The notes under the pieces: model-generated
The model's database searches: none
Seen by the model: the letters and a program-made list of their open reading frames with translations, nothing else
Told to the model about the DNA's origin: nothing
DNA from: Candidatus Tayloriibacteriota bacterium
GTDB taxonomy: Bacteria; Patescibacteriota; Minisyncoccia; Phycocordibacterales; HO2-43-120
Reading direction: 5' to 3'
Assembly (NCBI GenBank): GCA_039934295.1
Contig: JBDTMN010000002.1
Location: 26,725-90,724 of the forward strand
Length of the DNA: 64,000 nt
Shown: positions 55,401-63,937 of the stretch, in pieces
How positions within the stretch are numbered: position 1 is the stretch's first letter
Layout of the letters: the number at the start of each line of letters is the position of its first letter
Translations under genes and position numbers: made by a program

Positions 55401-57745
55401 ACGTAAAGGGTGATGGTATTGCCGATCATCGTGCCTTTGATGGTACTGTTGTCAGTAAGAAATGGGGCTCCCTGTGCGGCACTCAAATTGGCCAATACCG
55501 TGAAGTTACCTAACGCACCATTCCAGCGAACGATAGAATAATATTGAGTACCAGTTGGACTGAGACCGTAGGTCAACTCATAGCCAGTATTGGAATGGGC
55601 TGAGATACTGCTACGTAGACGAATCTCGAGTTCCTCAACAGCACTTCCTGTAGGATTCACCGTATGCACAACAGCAGTGACTGTTTGATCTGGACCCCAA
55701 GTGCCGGAGAGTATAGCGGTAGAATCATCATAGCCACCTGAGGGCGGCTGTGTGCCATATACCAATCCATTTGCCATACGCATATCAGTCCAGTCTAGAC
55801 CTGTCGCCTTGCCGTTGATCCAGTTGCCGGATTCTGATAGAGGATTTTCTGCGCCACCGGAGAAAGTTGTGACATAGGTACGGGGATTGCCTGCTGAAAC
55901 CGCCTGCGTGGTTGCGCTCGCGGAAGATGATTGGGCCGATGGATTCCCTGCCGCGTCTTGCGCTAAGACTGTATATGAATATGAGGTGTTTGCGGTAAGA
56001 CCAGTACTCGAATACGAATTGGTGCTTGGTGTAGCTACTTGTGTGCCGTTTCTAAATACTTTGTATCCTGTAACCCCTACATTGTCTGTTGAAGCAGTCC
56101 AGGATAGGTTTATCTGGCTCGAAGATACCGCGGAAGCCGAAAGGTTCGTAGGGGTCGAAGGTGCGGTGGTGTCTGGGACAACAGAGATAGTCTCAGAGCA
56201 GGAGGCAGTGGTTCCTCCGTTTGATCCGGTACAACTCCAGAGACGCGCAGTCGAGGTGTCAGTAACATCTGCGAATGTGCCCGATGTGCACTGGTTGAGA
56301 GTGGTTGAACACAGACCGTTGACCGCTGTCCCCCCTCCTCCCCCCACTGCATTCAATAGCTCGGTGATTTCTTGAGCAGAGAGTGCTCGGCTGTAGATGC
56401 GGACTTCGTCAATAGAGCCGTTAAAGACCCAGTTCGGACCGAAGATGTTGTTTATAATGACAGATTTACTATTTGCATCAGTGGTCCCACTAGCGGCGGC
56501 TTCAGATTTTTTGACACCGTCCACCCAGATGCTGACTTTTGAACCGTCATACATACCGACAAGATGGTGCCAATTTGAATCAGTTATGGTTGGAGCCGCT
56601 CCGGATGAGTACTTCACCCCTCCGCTTGTGATTTGAAATTGTGGATTGAACGCATAGTTGTCAGAATACAAGCTCCATTCTATAGTTGCATAAGGACTTC
56701 CTTTTGTGACCAGATATTTCAATTGACCCACTTCATTATTACTCACTTGCTTAATCCATACTGAAACAGTCATGGCGTTTAACCCATCGAGTGCGTTAAT
56801 GTCTTTCGCATCGACATAATCATCCACCCCGTCAAACTTCAATCCCTGCCCGATCTTTCCCGTGGTAAATGTCGGTCCGTTTATGAGTGTGCCGGTATTT
56901 GATCCCACGGAGTCGTTAGCGTTACCGTCGAAGGCCCAGTAGCTTATGAGTTTGCCAACGGAGGTCGGTGGGGGCGGAGTAGGAGTGACTCCTCCACCTG
57001 TGGAGTTGTATATGTCGGTGATTTCTTGAGCAGAGAGTGCTCGGCTGTAGATGCGGACTTCGTCAATAGAGCCGTTAAAGACCCAGTTCGGACCGAAGAT
57101 GTTGTTTATAATGACAGATTTACTATTTGCATCAGTGGTCCCACTAGCGGCGGCTTCAGATTTTTTGACACCGTCCACCCAGATGCTGACTTTTGAACCG
57201 TCATACATACCGACAAGATGGTGCCAATTTGAATCAGTTATGGTTGGAGCCGCTCCGGATGAGTACTTCACCCCTCCGCTTGTGATTTGAAATTGTGGAT
57301 TGAACGCATAGTTGTCAGAATACAAGCTCCATTCTATAGTTGCATAAGGACTTCCTTTTGTGACCAGATATTTCAATTGACCCACTTCATTATTACTCAC
57401 TTGCTTAATCCATACTGAAACAGTCATGGCGTTTAACCCATCGAGTGCGTTAATGTCTTTCGCATCGACATAATCATCCACCCCGTCAAACTTCAATCCC
57501 TGCCCGATCTTTCCCGTGGTAAATGTCGGTCCGTTTATGAGTGTGCCGGTATTTGATCCCACGGAGTCGTTAGCGTTACCGTCGAAGGCCCAGTAGCTTA
57601 TGAGGTTACTTGAGGGAATAGCTTGAGCGCGCTGGGAAGAAGTGTAGACGTTATTAATTTGCTTGTTGAGTGTGGAAAAACTTAAAACTGCTACTAATAA
57701 AAGAAACGCTGTGGCAATAATGCCAAGAATGTGTTTTTTATACAT
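52433..57745 (-). CDS. Giant secreted/anchored surface protein (1770 aa): two identical LamG/ConA-like lectin domains, fibronectin-III-like domains, Thr/Ser/Gly-rich linkers, C-terminal right-handed beta-helix-like region
   Basis: N-terminal signal anchor. Duplicated about 196-aa segment LISYWAFDGNANDSVGSNTGTLINGPTFTTGKIGQGLKFDGVDDYVDAKD... (LamG-like). FN3-like PSTPTNLSASAVSSSQINLSWTASTDNVGVTGYKVFRNG. A later region with NxxG / parallel beta-helix-like repeats. Confidence 0.7.
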   Translation of the reverse strand: MYKKHILGIIATAFLLLVAVLSFSTLNKQINNVYTSSQRAQAIPSSNLISYWAFDGNANDSVGSNTGTLINGPTFTTGKIGQGLKFDGVDDYVDAKDINALDGLNAMTVSVWIKQVSNNEVGQLKYLVTKGSPYATIEWSLYSDNYAFNPQFQITSGGVKYSSGAAPTITDSNWHHLVGMYDGSKVSIWVDGVKKSEAAASGTTDANSKSVIINNIFGPNWVFNGSIDEVRIYSRALSAQEITDIYNSTGGGVTPTPPPPTSVGKLISYWAFDGNANDSVGSNTGTLINGPTFTTGKIGQGLKFDGVDDYVDAKDINALDGLNAMTVSVWIKQVSNNEVGQLKYLVTKGSPYATIEWSLYSDNYAFNPQFQITSGGVKYSSGAAPTITDSNWHHLVGMYDGSKVSIWVDGVKKSEAAASGTTDANSKSVIINNIFGPNWVFNGSIDEVRIYSRALSAQEITELLNAVGGGGGTAVNGLCSTTLNQCTSGTFADVTDTSTARLWSCTGSNGGTTASCSETISVVPDTTAPSTPTNLSASAVSSSQINLSWTASTDNVGVTGYKVFRNGTQVATPSTNSYSSTGLTANTSYSYTVLAQDAAGNPSAQSSSASATTQAVSAGNPRTYVTTFSGGAENPLSESGNWINGKATGLDWTDMRMANGLVYGTQPPSGGYDDSTAILSGTWGPDQTVTAVVHTVNPTGSAVEELEIRLRSSISAHSNTGYELTYGLSPTGTQYYSIVRWNGALGNFTVLANLSAAQGAPFLTDNSTIKGTMIGNTITLYVNNVSILTTTDSTFASGAPGIGWLRAYGGADTDYGFRSVTATDGSGSGSPSDTQAPSVPTNLSSSNVTQTGATISWTASTDTGGGNVAGYKVWRGGAQVGTVTSGTSFANSGLVASTTYSYTISSYDNAGAPNNSVPSAALSVTTSGVATPTTFTLTITKAGTGGGTVTSTGGSVSCGSTCSASGLTSGTVSTLTAVATSGSTFTGWSGGGCSGTGTCVVTVASNTTVTATFNLSSVSGVPAPTYVSAAGVAPDQISLIWLRSTPTTGTITSYTIYRNGTQIGTIAHIPYQAPYHDTEQQYYQDFTVSPGTTYTYTVTATDNGGNVSPPSAGVAATTPGGSSALIPSNRLANWIPGVTAGVTGGIPTNRTHLIDVTQAPYNADKTGATDAAPAINSAITAAVANDIVYLPAGTYKILTQIVASFKSNITLRGAGASTILDCYVPSVCVNIRGSEFYNVSAVPVLSGASKGSTQVSVSDSSPYTVGNIVKISGKNKTSLPTISVSGYENIQSQIVVLTGKSGSALSFSPPLIVDFSGRQPSITAPNYATSRYVGIEDLTIDGSNATTQFGISAGGTYASWVKNVKVRHMSNYSISFNDSLGCEVRHSFLDELNHGGTNGSGFLSGGNTGCLFEDNIVYKSFPLLEINFSSVGNVFAYNYMPDGSVNVNHGSHNSYNLYEGNYLQGGEFKSDGYFGSDSEEMFFRNWTSGFLAFKRFSRNFSAIGNVVGAYSLGQPNIGNGASTGFALPSQGIYWLDWSPVAGLGIKGTLTSRASDGSSGVVTLSAGTSRLLGYCQAFGGNCPAITTQWSNGARIGMHTTAFSGNAVSLTGGYLDPLPAQGTAIGLWPRSEGFQELDMDVGLTFIRKQNYIFGKGIPANEALTGGQTLPNSLYLSSKPAWFGSLSWPPYSPTNAAQTADNIPAGYRFNHPGQEAPGVSVSIKTNTDSVSPVNVTAGVLKALSASFMGILQEFWNTLYKILRWIIEMLQNLL
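56361..57604. repeat. Apparently perfect 590-bp tandem duplication (56361-56950 and 57015-57604) with a 64-nt linker, inside the giant gene
   Basis: The ORF track shows two identical 79-aa + strand ORFs 654 nt apart. My read of the nucleotides shows identity from tcggtgatttcttgagcagag to cccagtagcttatgag in both blocks. Confidence 0.8.
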
Positions 57746-57916
57746 GCGATAATAATACAGAAAAAATTTTTCTTAGACTACAAAGATATCCACAGATACA
57801 TTATACGCAATAGATTACGCATGTTTGTCAAAAGTAATTCGCCGGATGAAATTTCATTCTATCTAAAAAAAATTCCGGAACTTTCCTAAATTAAAGCAGA
57901 GAAAGATGCTTTTTCA

Positions 57917-60793
57917 CTACCGAATAATCCCTACATATTTAAGCCAACCGAGGAAAGCACCCGCAACGCCTGCCCAATAGGAAGTCGACTGGGTTGTCGG
58001 TGCCGCGGTTATGGTAATCTCACCAACTTTGTATCGGCTGTTCCCTGCATCAGACACCCCAGATCCGGGAGTGAAGACGAGGCGTTCAGAACCGACGTAC
58101 ATACCAACGAGAACGTCGTATGATCCAACTGGGATATCATCGATGGATTTGGATGATGGAGTAGACATGGTTCCTGCTGACCACTGATCGGTCGGAGGAT
58201 TTGGGAAGAAGCCGAAGCTAACTACTTTGCTCCGATCAACTTTGTTGTTCAGGAATACGAATACCGACCAGCTTTGCTTTCCTAGAGAAAGTCTGTACGG
58301 TCCTCCAGACCAGTTCAGAGTGTAATTGAGGGTTTGGCCGACTTGGATGCTCGAAGGAGCATTCCAAGGAAGAACGGTGGGTTGAGTTTGAACCTGTTGA
58401 ATAGCTGGAACTGAAACTGCCAAATCTCTAGAGACTGAAGCGCCTGCACTGTTTCTGCACGTGAGCGTATAGTTGGCATTTGAAGTCAACACTCCTGTAT
58501 TGATAGCCTCGCTAGCTCTGTATGAAGCGTTGCTGAAGTTTGGACCATTCAGAGTACAGCCCGTTGCATTTGTCGCCGACCATACCAATGTCGTAGATCG
58601 GACATCGTTGGTGATAGGTTGTGAAGTTCTAAAATCAGTTATCGAAGGAGCAGGTGCATTAGTAGTGTTTGGAGCCGCCGTAACCGTAATCTCCCCGACC
58701 TTGTATCGACTGCTACCTGCATCAGATACTCCGGACCCTGGAGCAAAGACCAGACGTTCCGAGCCGACGTACATACCAACAAGGACGTCATATGAACCGG
58801 GAGGAATGTCAGAAGTAGACTTGGATGATGGAGTAGACATGGTTCCTGCAGGCCACTGCGCCGTTGGTGGATTTGGGAAGAAGCCAAAGTTAACTTCTTT
58901 GCTCCGATCAGCTTTGTTGCGCAAGAATACGAATACCGACCAGTTTTGCTTTGCTAGAGAAAGTCTGTACGGTCCTCCAGACCAATTCAAAGTATAGTTC
59001 AGAGTCTGACCAGCTTGGATAGTAGAAGGCGCATTCCAAGGGAGGACGGTGGGGGTTCCGGCTGCTGGGTTGGTAGTAACGGGAGGAAGTGTCGTAGTTG
59101 GAGGAGGATTGGTTGTTGCGGGGGGATTGGCGGGAACAGGTGTTACCGGAGGGTTTGAAGGGGTTACTGGTGTAACCGTTGTTGGCACATACCTAAAGAC
59201 TACCTTTGATACTTGGCCAGCAGTTATATTCACTGGCACCGAACAAAAACCAAGAGAGCAGGTAACATTGGTTTTTGAATATGATGATTGACTGCCGATG
59301 AGACACTCTGTCCCCTGATTGTTGAGGCCTCCGCCTGCAAATGTGCACGAAGCCGAGTATTCATCATATCCAAAAAGATCGGTGGCGTATGCGGTGTGTT
59401 GACCTACTGACGGATTAAATTGCCCTGCTCCTGTGCCGGAGCCTAGAGAAACTGTATACGGGTTTGCTGCTCCTACGGAAGAAATACTGTCCACGGTCGC
59501 CTGTGTTCCGGAAATAGGATTGAGATCGGCATCTACTCGCTTGATGATGAGGTTGGGAGAAAATGTGGACACGGTCCCAGCCCCAGAACCGGTACTTATA
59601 AAACTTGCCCTACTTGCACCTACAAATGGCGCAGTTGAAGGAGAAACTCCGCTCTGCTGACCATTGTAGACTATCACGTCAGTCGAACCGCTGAACCTAA
59701 CCCCGTCGGAAGAAATCTTGACTTGGTATTTTGTGCCGTTCGTAGAACCAACCATGTCGTTTGGTAGATCTATAGAAAGAAACCATTGGGCCGACGTAGA
59801 TTGGTTGTCGATGGTAAGAGTCTTTGTGTAGTTTTTACCGGTAATATTGACATAATATCTAGCGATGGAAGGGTCTATGATAATAGCGTCTCGCGGCCAC
59901 ACATTATACGGTGCAGTTGGGGAGAAATTTTGTATGTAGACCTTAGATAGAGTACACGAAGATGTATTGGTCTCTGACGGACACGTACGCACAGCATACT
60001 GATAATCCCTCACTACCTTGTGGGATGTCTGATACAGTCTCATCGATGAGAGGTTCGGACTAACTATCTTCAAGGTAGATGGCGGGCTCCAAGTCTTTTC
60101 CCCATCTATGGAATAACTCACTTGAATAGACGAGCCGACGACGGCATTGGCGGAAACAGTAAATGGAGTGGCGGGAACCGAAGTGAAATCCACTTGTCCA
60201 TTGCCTATAGATCCACCTATAGTTCCAGAAAATATTCTGGTAGTGCTTAGATTGCTCAATGTCACCGTATTGGTCGGATAGACAACGCGGACTGAAGAAG
60301 TTTTCACTGTAGAAAGAGCTCCCAGTAAAATATACATCTGTTCACCGCGATAGGCGGTTTTGGTCGATGCTGCAAAAGCTTCAAGCACGATGAACTCTGG
60401 AGCTTTCGGTGTGACCTGTGTAGCTGTTTGTCCGCCTTGTACACCACCAGTGGCTGTAGAGGTGACTTTGTCCAAATATCGCTCTTCAACCCAACCCGTG
60501 CCTGCATAATCAAAGTCAACCGCCCATGACCAAGTACCGAGACTATTGGACAGTGCTGGAACATTCGGTCGTATTGTACCGACAAAGTCTTTTTTGGCAG
60601 TGTTTCCATTTGTTAGTTCAACAGAAACGTTGGAATTGATCTTAACGCGATCACCTGTCTTAAACTTGGTTGAAATCTGAGAAGCTGTCGGTGTAACCCC
60701 TTGAGCATGAATCGGGTTAGCTACTATAAAGGTGAAGGCCAGTACAATCGCCGACAAAGCTAAGAAACGTGCATATGTTTTCATAAAAATCAA
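57917..60793 (-). CDS. Giant secreted surface protein (958 aa) with internal 130-aa repeats and a Pro/Thr-rich linker
   Basis: Signal peptide MIFMKTYARFLALSAIVLAFTFIVANPIHA, linker PVTPSNPPVTPVPANPPATTNPPPTTTLPPVTTNP, two diverged copies of TVLPWNAPS(T/S)IQ(A/V)GQTLNYTLNWSGGPYRLSL... and a hydrophobic C-terminus. Confidence 0.65.
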   Translation of the reverse strand: MIFMKTYARFLALSAIVLAFTFIVANPIHAQGVTPTASQISTKFKTGDRVKINSNVSVELTNGNTAKKDFVGTIRPNVPALSNSLGTWSWAVDFDYAGTGWVEERYLDKVTSTATGGVQGGQTATQVTPKAPEFIVLEAFAASTKTAYRGEQMYILLGALSTVKTSSVRVVYPTNTVTLSNLSTTRIFSGTIGGSIGNGQVDFTSVPATPFTVSANAVVGSSIQVSYSIDGEKTWSPPSTLKIVSPNLSSMRLYQTSHKVVRDYQYAVRTCPSETNTSSCTLSKVYIQNFSPTAPYNVWPRDAIIIDPSIARYYVNITGKNYTKTLTIDNQSTSAQWFLSIDLPNDMVGSTNGTKYQVKISSDGVRFSGSTDVIVYNGQQSGVSPSTAPFVGASRASFISTGSGAGTVSTFSPNLIIKRVDADLNPISGTQATVDSISSVGAANPYTVSLGSGTGAGQFNPSVGQHTAYATDLFGYDEYSASCTFAGGGLNNQGTECLIGSQSSYSKTNVTCSLGFCSVPVNITAGQVSKVVFRYVPTTVTPVTPSNPPVTPVPANPPATTNPPPTTTLPPVTTNPAAGTPTVLPWNAPSTIQAGQTLNYTLNWSGGPYRLSLAKQNWSVFVFLRNKADRSKEVNFGFFPNPPTAQWPAGTMSTPSSKSTSDIPPGSYDVLVGMYVGSERLVFAPGSGVSDAGSSRYKVGEITVTAAPNTTNAPAPSITDFRTSQPITNDVRSTTLVWSATNATGCTLNGPNFSNASYRASEAINTGVLTSNANYTLTCRNSAGASVSRDLAVSVPAIQQVQTQPTVLPWNAPSSIQVGQTLNYTLNWSGGPYRLSLGKQSWSVFVFLNNKVDRSKVVSFGFFPNPPTDQWSAGTMSTPSSKSIDDIPVGSYDVLVGMYVGSERLVFTPGSGVSDAGNSRYKVGEITITAAPTTQSTSYWAGVAGAFLGWLKYVGIIR

Positions 60794-61052
60794 AATTAAT
60801 TACAGCTTCTAAATGATACAGAAAGTATACAGTATTGACTTCCGCATACCAAGATAGTTATACACAAGCATATTGCTAAAAGTTGAACGGTCGGAGACAT
60901 TTTCTATCACAGCGATGCATCATCGAAGCGCGTTTGTATAGCAAATGAAGTAAATTTCATCCCACAAGGGCAACTTTCTGAACTCTCCCAAAGAAAAAAG
61001 GATGTCCACTTGGAACATCCTCGATGTAACTGACTGAAACTTTGACGACCGT

Positions 61053-61418
61053 CTACCAGGTCCAGGACGGACGATGACCCGCAAAATTGCGGCGGACCCA
61101 GGAGGCAAACTCGCCAAACGTGAAGTGGCAGTAGATAGACTGCGCTTCCTGCGCAATCCTTCGCCATTTTTTTTCGCCGAGGCGAAGCCACGCCAGCGTT
61201 AACCGCTGGAGATTCGCCTTTTCCTCGCTAATCAAGCCGAGGCCGTATTTGAACGCTATCAGACACGCCTTTGCAAGTGAAATCCGGTTTACAAAAACCT
61301 TCATCACCACCCCCTTCCTCATTGTCTTGGAGAGCATGTCTCCTCGTGCGAATGCCGACGTTGCATCGGCTTTTGAGTGGATGGTTGATGTGGATTCCGT
61401 CTTGCCTGTTTTTTTCAT
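61053..61418 (-). CDS. Hypothetical ORF in a GC-elevated patch (uncertain)
   Basis: 121-aa ORF in a 0.8-kb region of locally high GC with no other convincing gene. Could be a gene remnant or an RNA. Confidence 0.2.
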   Translation of the reverse strand: MKKTGKTESTSTIHSKADATSAFARGDMLSKTMRKGVVMKVFVNRISLAKACLIAFKYGLGLISEEKANLQRLTLAWLRLGEKKWRRIAQEAQSIYCHFTFGEFASWVRRNFAGHRPSWTW

Positions 61419-61597
61419 GGAGTTCTACCTTTACCGTTGTACTGCTGTTTGTTTTTGTTGGTCGGAGAGGAATAGGCCAACATACAAGAACACGACTCCC
61501 ATTTCCTGTAGGAGAACAGCTCCAAGAAGGAATCTACCATAAAGAAAATTAAATAGCAACCCCCCGCCCCCGCCATATGGGGAAAAACCTCATTTCT

Positions 61598-62023
61598 TTA
61601 AAACTGCGCTATTTCATTCGAAGAAACGATACTCCAAATGCCTCCGGTTTCTTTTGCCAGCGTCTCCACATTGGAATAGGTATTTTGGAATCGAGAACGG
61701 GTCCGAATGAGCAAATCCACTCCCTGGGGCATTATTGAAAAAATCGTGCATTTGTGCTCGGTCTCCGTTTCCGAAAGTGAAATCTCATCTCCTCCAGATG
61801 ACGGCGAATATGCGCTATTTGTTGATAATTTTAAAAGCGCGATGTCTCTGCAACTTTTCGCAAATGACGAGCTCATCTCCTTAAATTCAGAATCTAAAAC
61901 ATTGAACCTCGCCGAGAATCCCCCGAGATTCAGCGTGAAAACAATGGTCGTCATAATAAGAGAGATGAGAATGACCGAAATCAGCGCGATGAACCCTTTT
62001 TCTTTTTTAGATGAACACGTCAT
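61598..62023 (-). CDS. Prepilin-like / pseudopilin protein
   Basis: N-terminus KKEKG|FIALISVILISLIM has a prepilin-type cleavage site G-F and a hydrophobic helix, but no Glu5. 4-nt overlap with the upstream gene. Confidence 0.55.
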   Translation of the reverse strand: MTCSSKKEKGFIALISVILISLIMTTIVFTLNLGGFSARFNVLDSEFKEMSSSFAKSCRDIALLKLSTNSAYSPSSGGDEISLSETETEHKCTIFSIMPQGVDLLIRTRSRFQNTYSNVETLAKETGGIWSIVSSNEIAQF

Positions 62024-62538
62024 TGAATCAATTTGATTAACTCATATACTTCTCCTTTAATCGTAAGGAAAACTTTCACGAATTCTTTTCCGTTCGCGCT
62101 CTCGTGTTCAAATGATAGAGCGTCAATGGAAACAAAATCGCTATTCAATTTATTTTCGGGTGATGCTCCTCTTCTTAGCATGATACTTTTTCCCGCTGGG
62201 TCAAAACTCAACGTTAAAGAAATTCCGGACCCGCGCAGAGAGAGCGTTGACCCAGAACTACCCAATGCGGGCACTGATACAGACGTAACTCCGGCAAACA
62301 AGGAATCAATCTTTTTGAGCAAGAAATTTGTCTCTTCAATGAGCAGGACTTTTTCGCTCATGGCATTTTCGTTTGCAATAACCTGATATGCAGTCTGAAG
62401 AAAACTTCCCATGATAAGAGCAAGAAGGGCAATGTAAATGAGAGACTCGATGAGGGTGAAGCCGCGGGAATATGTAACATGTAACTTGTAACATGAAACA
62501 TGGAAAAATCTTTTTTGCATTTTTGATTTCATGGTCAA
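62020..62538 (-). CDS. Type IV pilin-like protein with long leader
   Basis: SRG|FTLIESLIYIALLALIMG is the canonical prepilin N-methylation/cleavage motif with Glu5. The leader is 20-26 aa depending on which Met is used. Confidence 0.7.
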   Translation of the reverse strand: MTMKSKMQKRFFHVSCYKLHVTYSRGFTLIESLIYIALLALIMGSFLQTAYQVIANENAMSEKVLLIEETNFLLKKIDSLFAGVTSVSVPALGSSGSTLSLRGSGISLTLSFDPAGKSIMLRRGASPENKLNSDFVSIDALSFEHESANGKEFVKVFLTIKGEVYELIKLIQ

Positions 62539-62560
62539 ATGTTAAATGTTACATGCTACA
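62471..62560. repeat. Inverted pair of heptamer GTAACA-type arrays. One arm is inside the pilin leader-coding region, the other in its 5' UTR
   Basis: atgtaacatgtaacttgtaacatgaaacat (62471-62500) and aatgttaaatgttacatgctacatgc (62537-62562) are mutually reverse-complementary heptamer runs flanking the start codon region. Confidence 0.5.
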
Positions 62561-62575
62561 TGCTTCCTGTCATTC

Positions 62576-63937
62576 CTAGTTTCCTTTTACAAATATTATT
62601 TTGTTTGGAGTTGCAACATACATTGTATTCCCCTCGCAGTCGAGGCTTATGCCGTCTCCATTCAAGTTGATGTCTCCAATTTTTACAATGTTGCTCGGGT
62701 CTTTCACATTCCATATTTGAAATTCTTCCGCCCCAACTAGTGTTGCAAGAAATGCCTTGTCGCTTCGAACAAAAATGTCATTCACACTCTTCCCTATTTT
62801 TTCCGACCCAACCGAGCTCTCAGATTTTGTATCAATAATGTGCAATTCATGATTAGACGCGATCGTTCCTCCATAAGTTCTTCCGAGATAAACCGTATCC
62901 CCCAATGGATAAAGACTCTTCCCGCTCTGGGTTAGAAATTGAGTCAATGTAATACTTCCGATTTCCTTGATATCACTGGGATCATTCACATCCAAAATTC
63001 TCATTTGTTTACTGCTGGCGGTAGCTAGATACGCCTTCGCTCCGACAACATAGATGTCGTTTACTACATTCCCTATCTCAAAGCTTCCGAGCAATGAGGG
63101 ACTAAGAGGGTCAGAGACATCTATAACGGAGAATTCAGGGTAGCTCGGTGAATTATTTGTTCCGAGAAACACTTTTTTATTCGAATAGAAAATGCTACTC
63201 GAAGTTCTATTGTCATTTATTCCTACAATGGAAGGCAACTTCAATTCTTTTTTAAGCAATGGATTAGAAGAATCAGACACATCAATAATCTGAAGTTGCG
63301 CGTTTATGCTTCCATTTGCAACATACGCGTAATCTCCTGCTACATGCAGAGCGTTGAGACCTGGGCCCGTGGTTATACTCGATACTATTTGAATATCTGA
63401 ATGATTAGAAATATCCACAATGTGAAAATCGGGTTGAAGCGGAGTGCTTGAATTCGTCGTCACATATATTTTATTATTGAGAACATCAATTTGGGTGATG
63501 TCAGTGAGACTTGAAATAGACGCAATTTCGCTTGGATTACTCCAATCATCGGTTAGAAACATGTCGCAGGTATCCGTTCCGAGAGCGTTTTCTGAATTCG
63601 TCGCAATTCTTGATAGTACCACTTGGTGTTTTCCACCATCCCAACTGACAGCGCTTTCTACAGATTTCGCAAAATTCGTTATCGGTTCAACAGTAATTGT
63701 TTTTTCAAAAATCCCGTCGGCAACCAAAGTGTTTTGCAGAGAATAGAAATCTTCGAGTAGAAAGATTTCGAGTCCTGATTTTGCTTTTGCGAGAGCGATT
63801 AGCGACAGTTCCGCCTGCAAAATCATGCTCCTGCTCCCGAAAGAAACCAAAATCACGGCAGTTATAACCAAAATACCCACTGAAAAAGCAACAAGTATTT
63901 CAAGCGTGCTCATGCCTTGTGAAGATTGTTCGTTCAT
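62576..63937 (-). CDS. Pilin-like N-terminus fused to an LVIVD-repeat beta-propeller (putative minor pilin / adhesin)
   Basis: QG|MSTLEILVAFSVGILVI is a prepilin motif with Glu5. At least four LVIVD-type repeats follow (YAYVANGSINAQLQIIDVSDSSNP, KVFLGTNNSPSYPEFSVIDVSDPLSP, KAYLATASSKQMRILDVNDPSDI, KAFLATLVGAEEFQIWNVKDPSNI). Confidence 0.65.
   Translation of the reverse strand: MNEQSSQGMSTLEILVAFSVGILVITAVILVSFGSRSMILQAELSLIALAKAKSGLEIFLLEDFYSLQNTLVADGIFEKTITVEPITNFAKSVESAVSWDGGKHQVVLSRIATNSENALGTDTCDMFLTDDWSNPSEIASISSLTDITQIDVLNNKIYVTTNSSTPLQPDFHIVDISNHSDIQIVSSITTGPGLNALHVAGDYAYVANGSINAQLQIIDVSDSSNPLLKKELKLPSIVGINDNRTSSSIFYSNKKVFLGTNNSPSYPEFSVIDVSDPLSPSLLGSFEIGNVVNDIYVVGAKAYLATASSKQMRILDVNDPSDIKEIGSITLTQFLTQSGKSLYPLGDTVYLGRTYGGTIASNHELHIIDTKSESSVGSEKIGKSVNDIFVRSDKAFLATLVGAEEFQIWNVKDPSNIVKIGDINLNGDGISLDCEGNTMYVATPNKIIFVKGN

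Noticed and set aside
56397-57290. Two identical 79-aa + strand ORFs at 56397-56636 and 57051-57290
   Set aside because: They are antisense reading frames inside the giant minus-strand gene. They are identical only because they fall in the two copies of the 590-bp tandem duplication.
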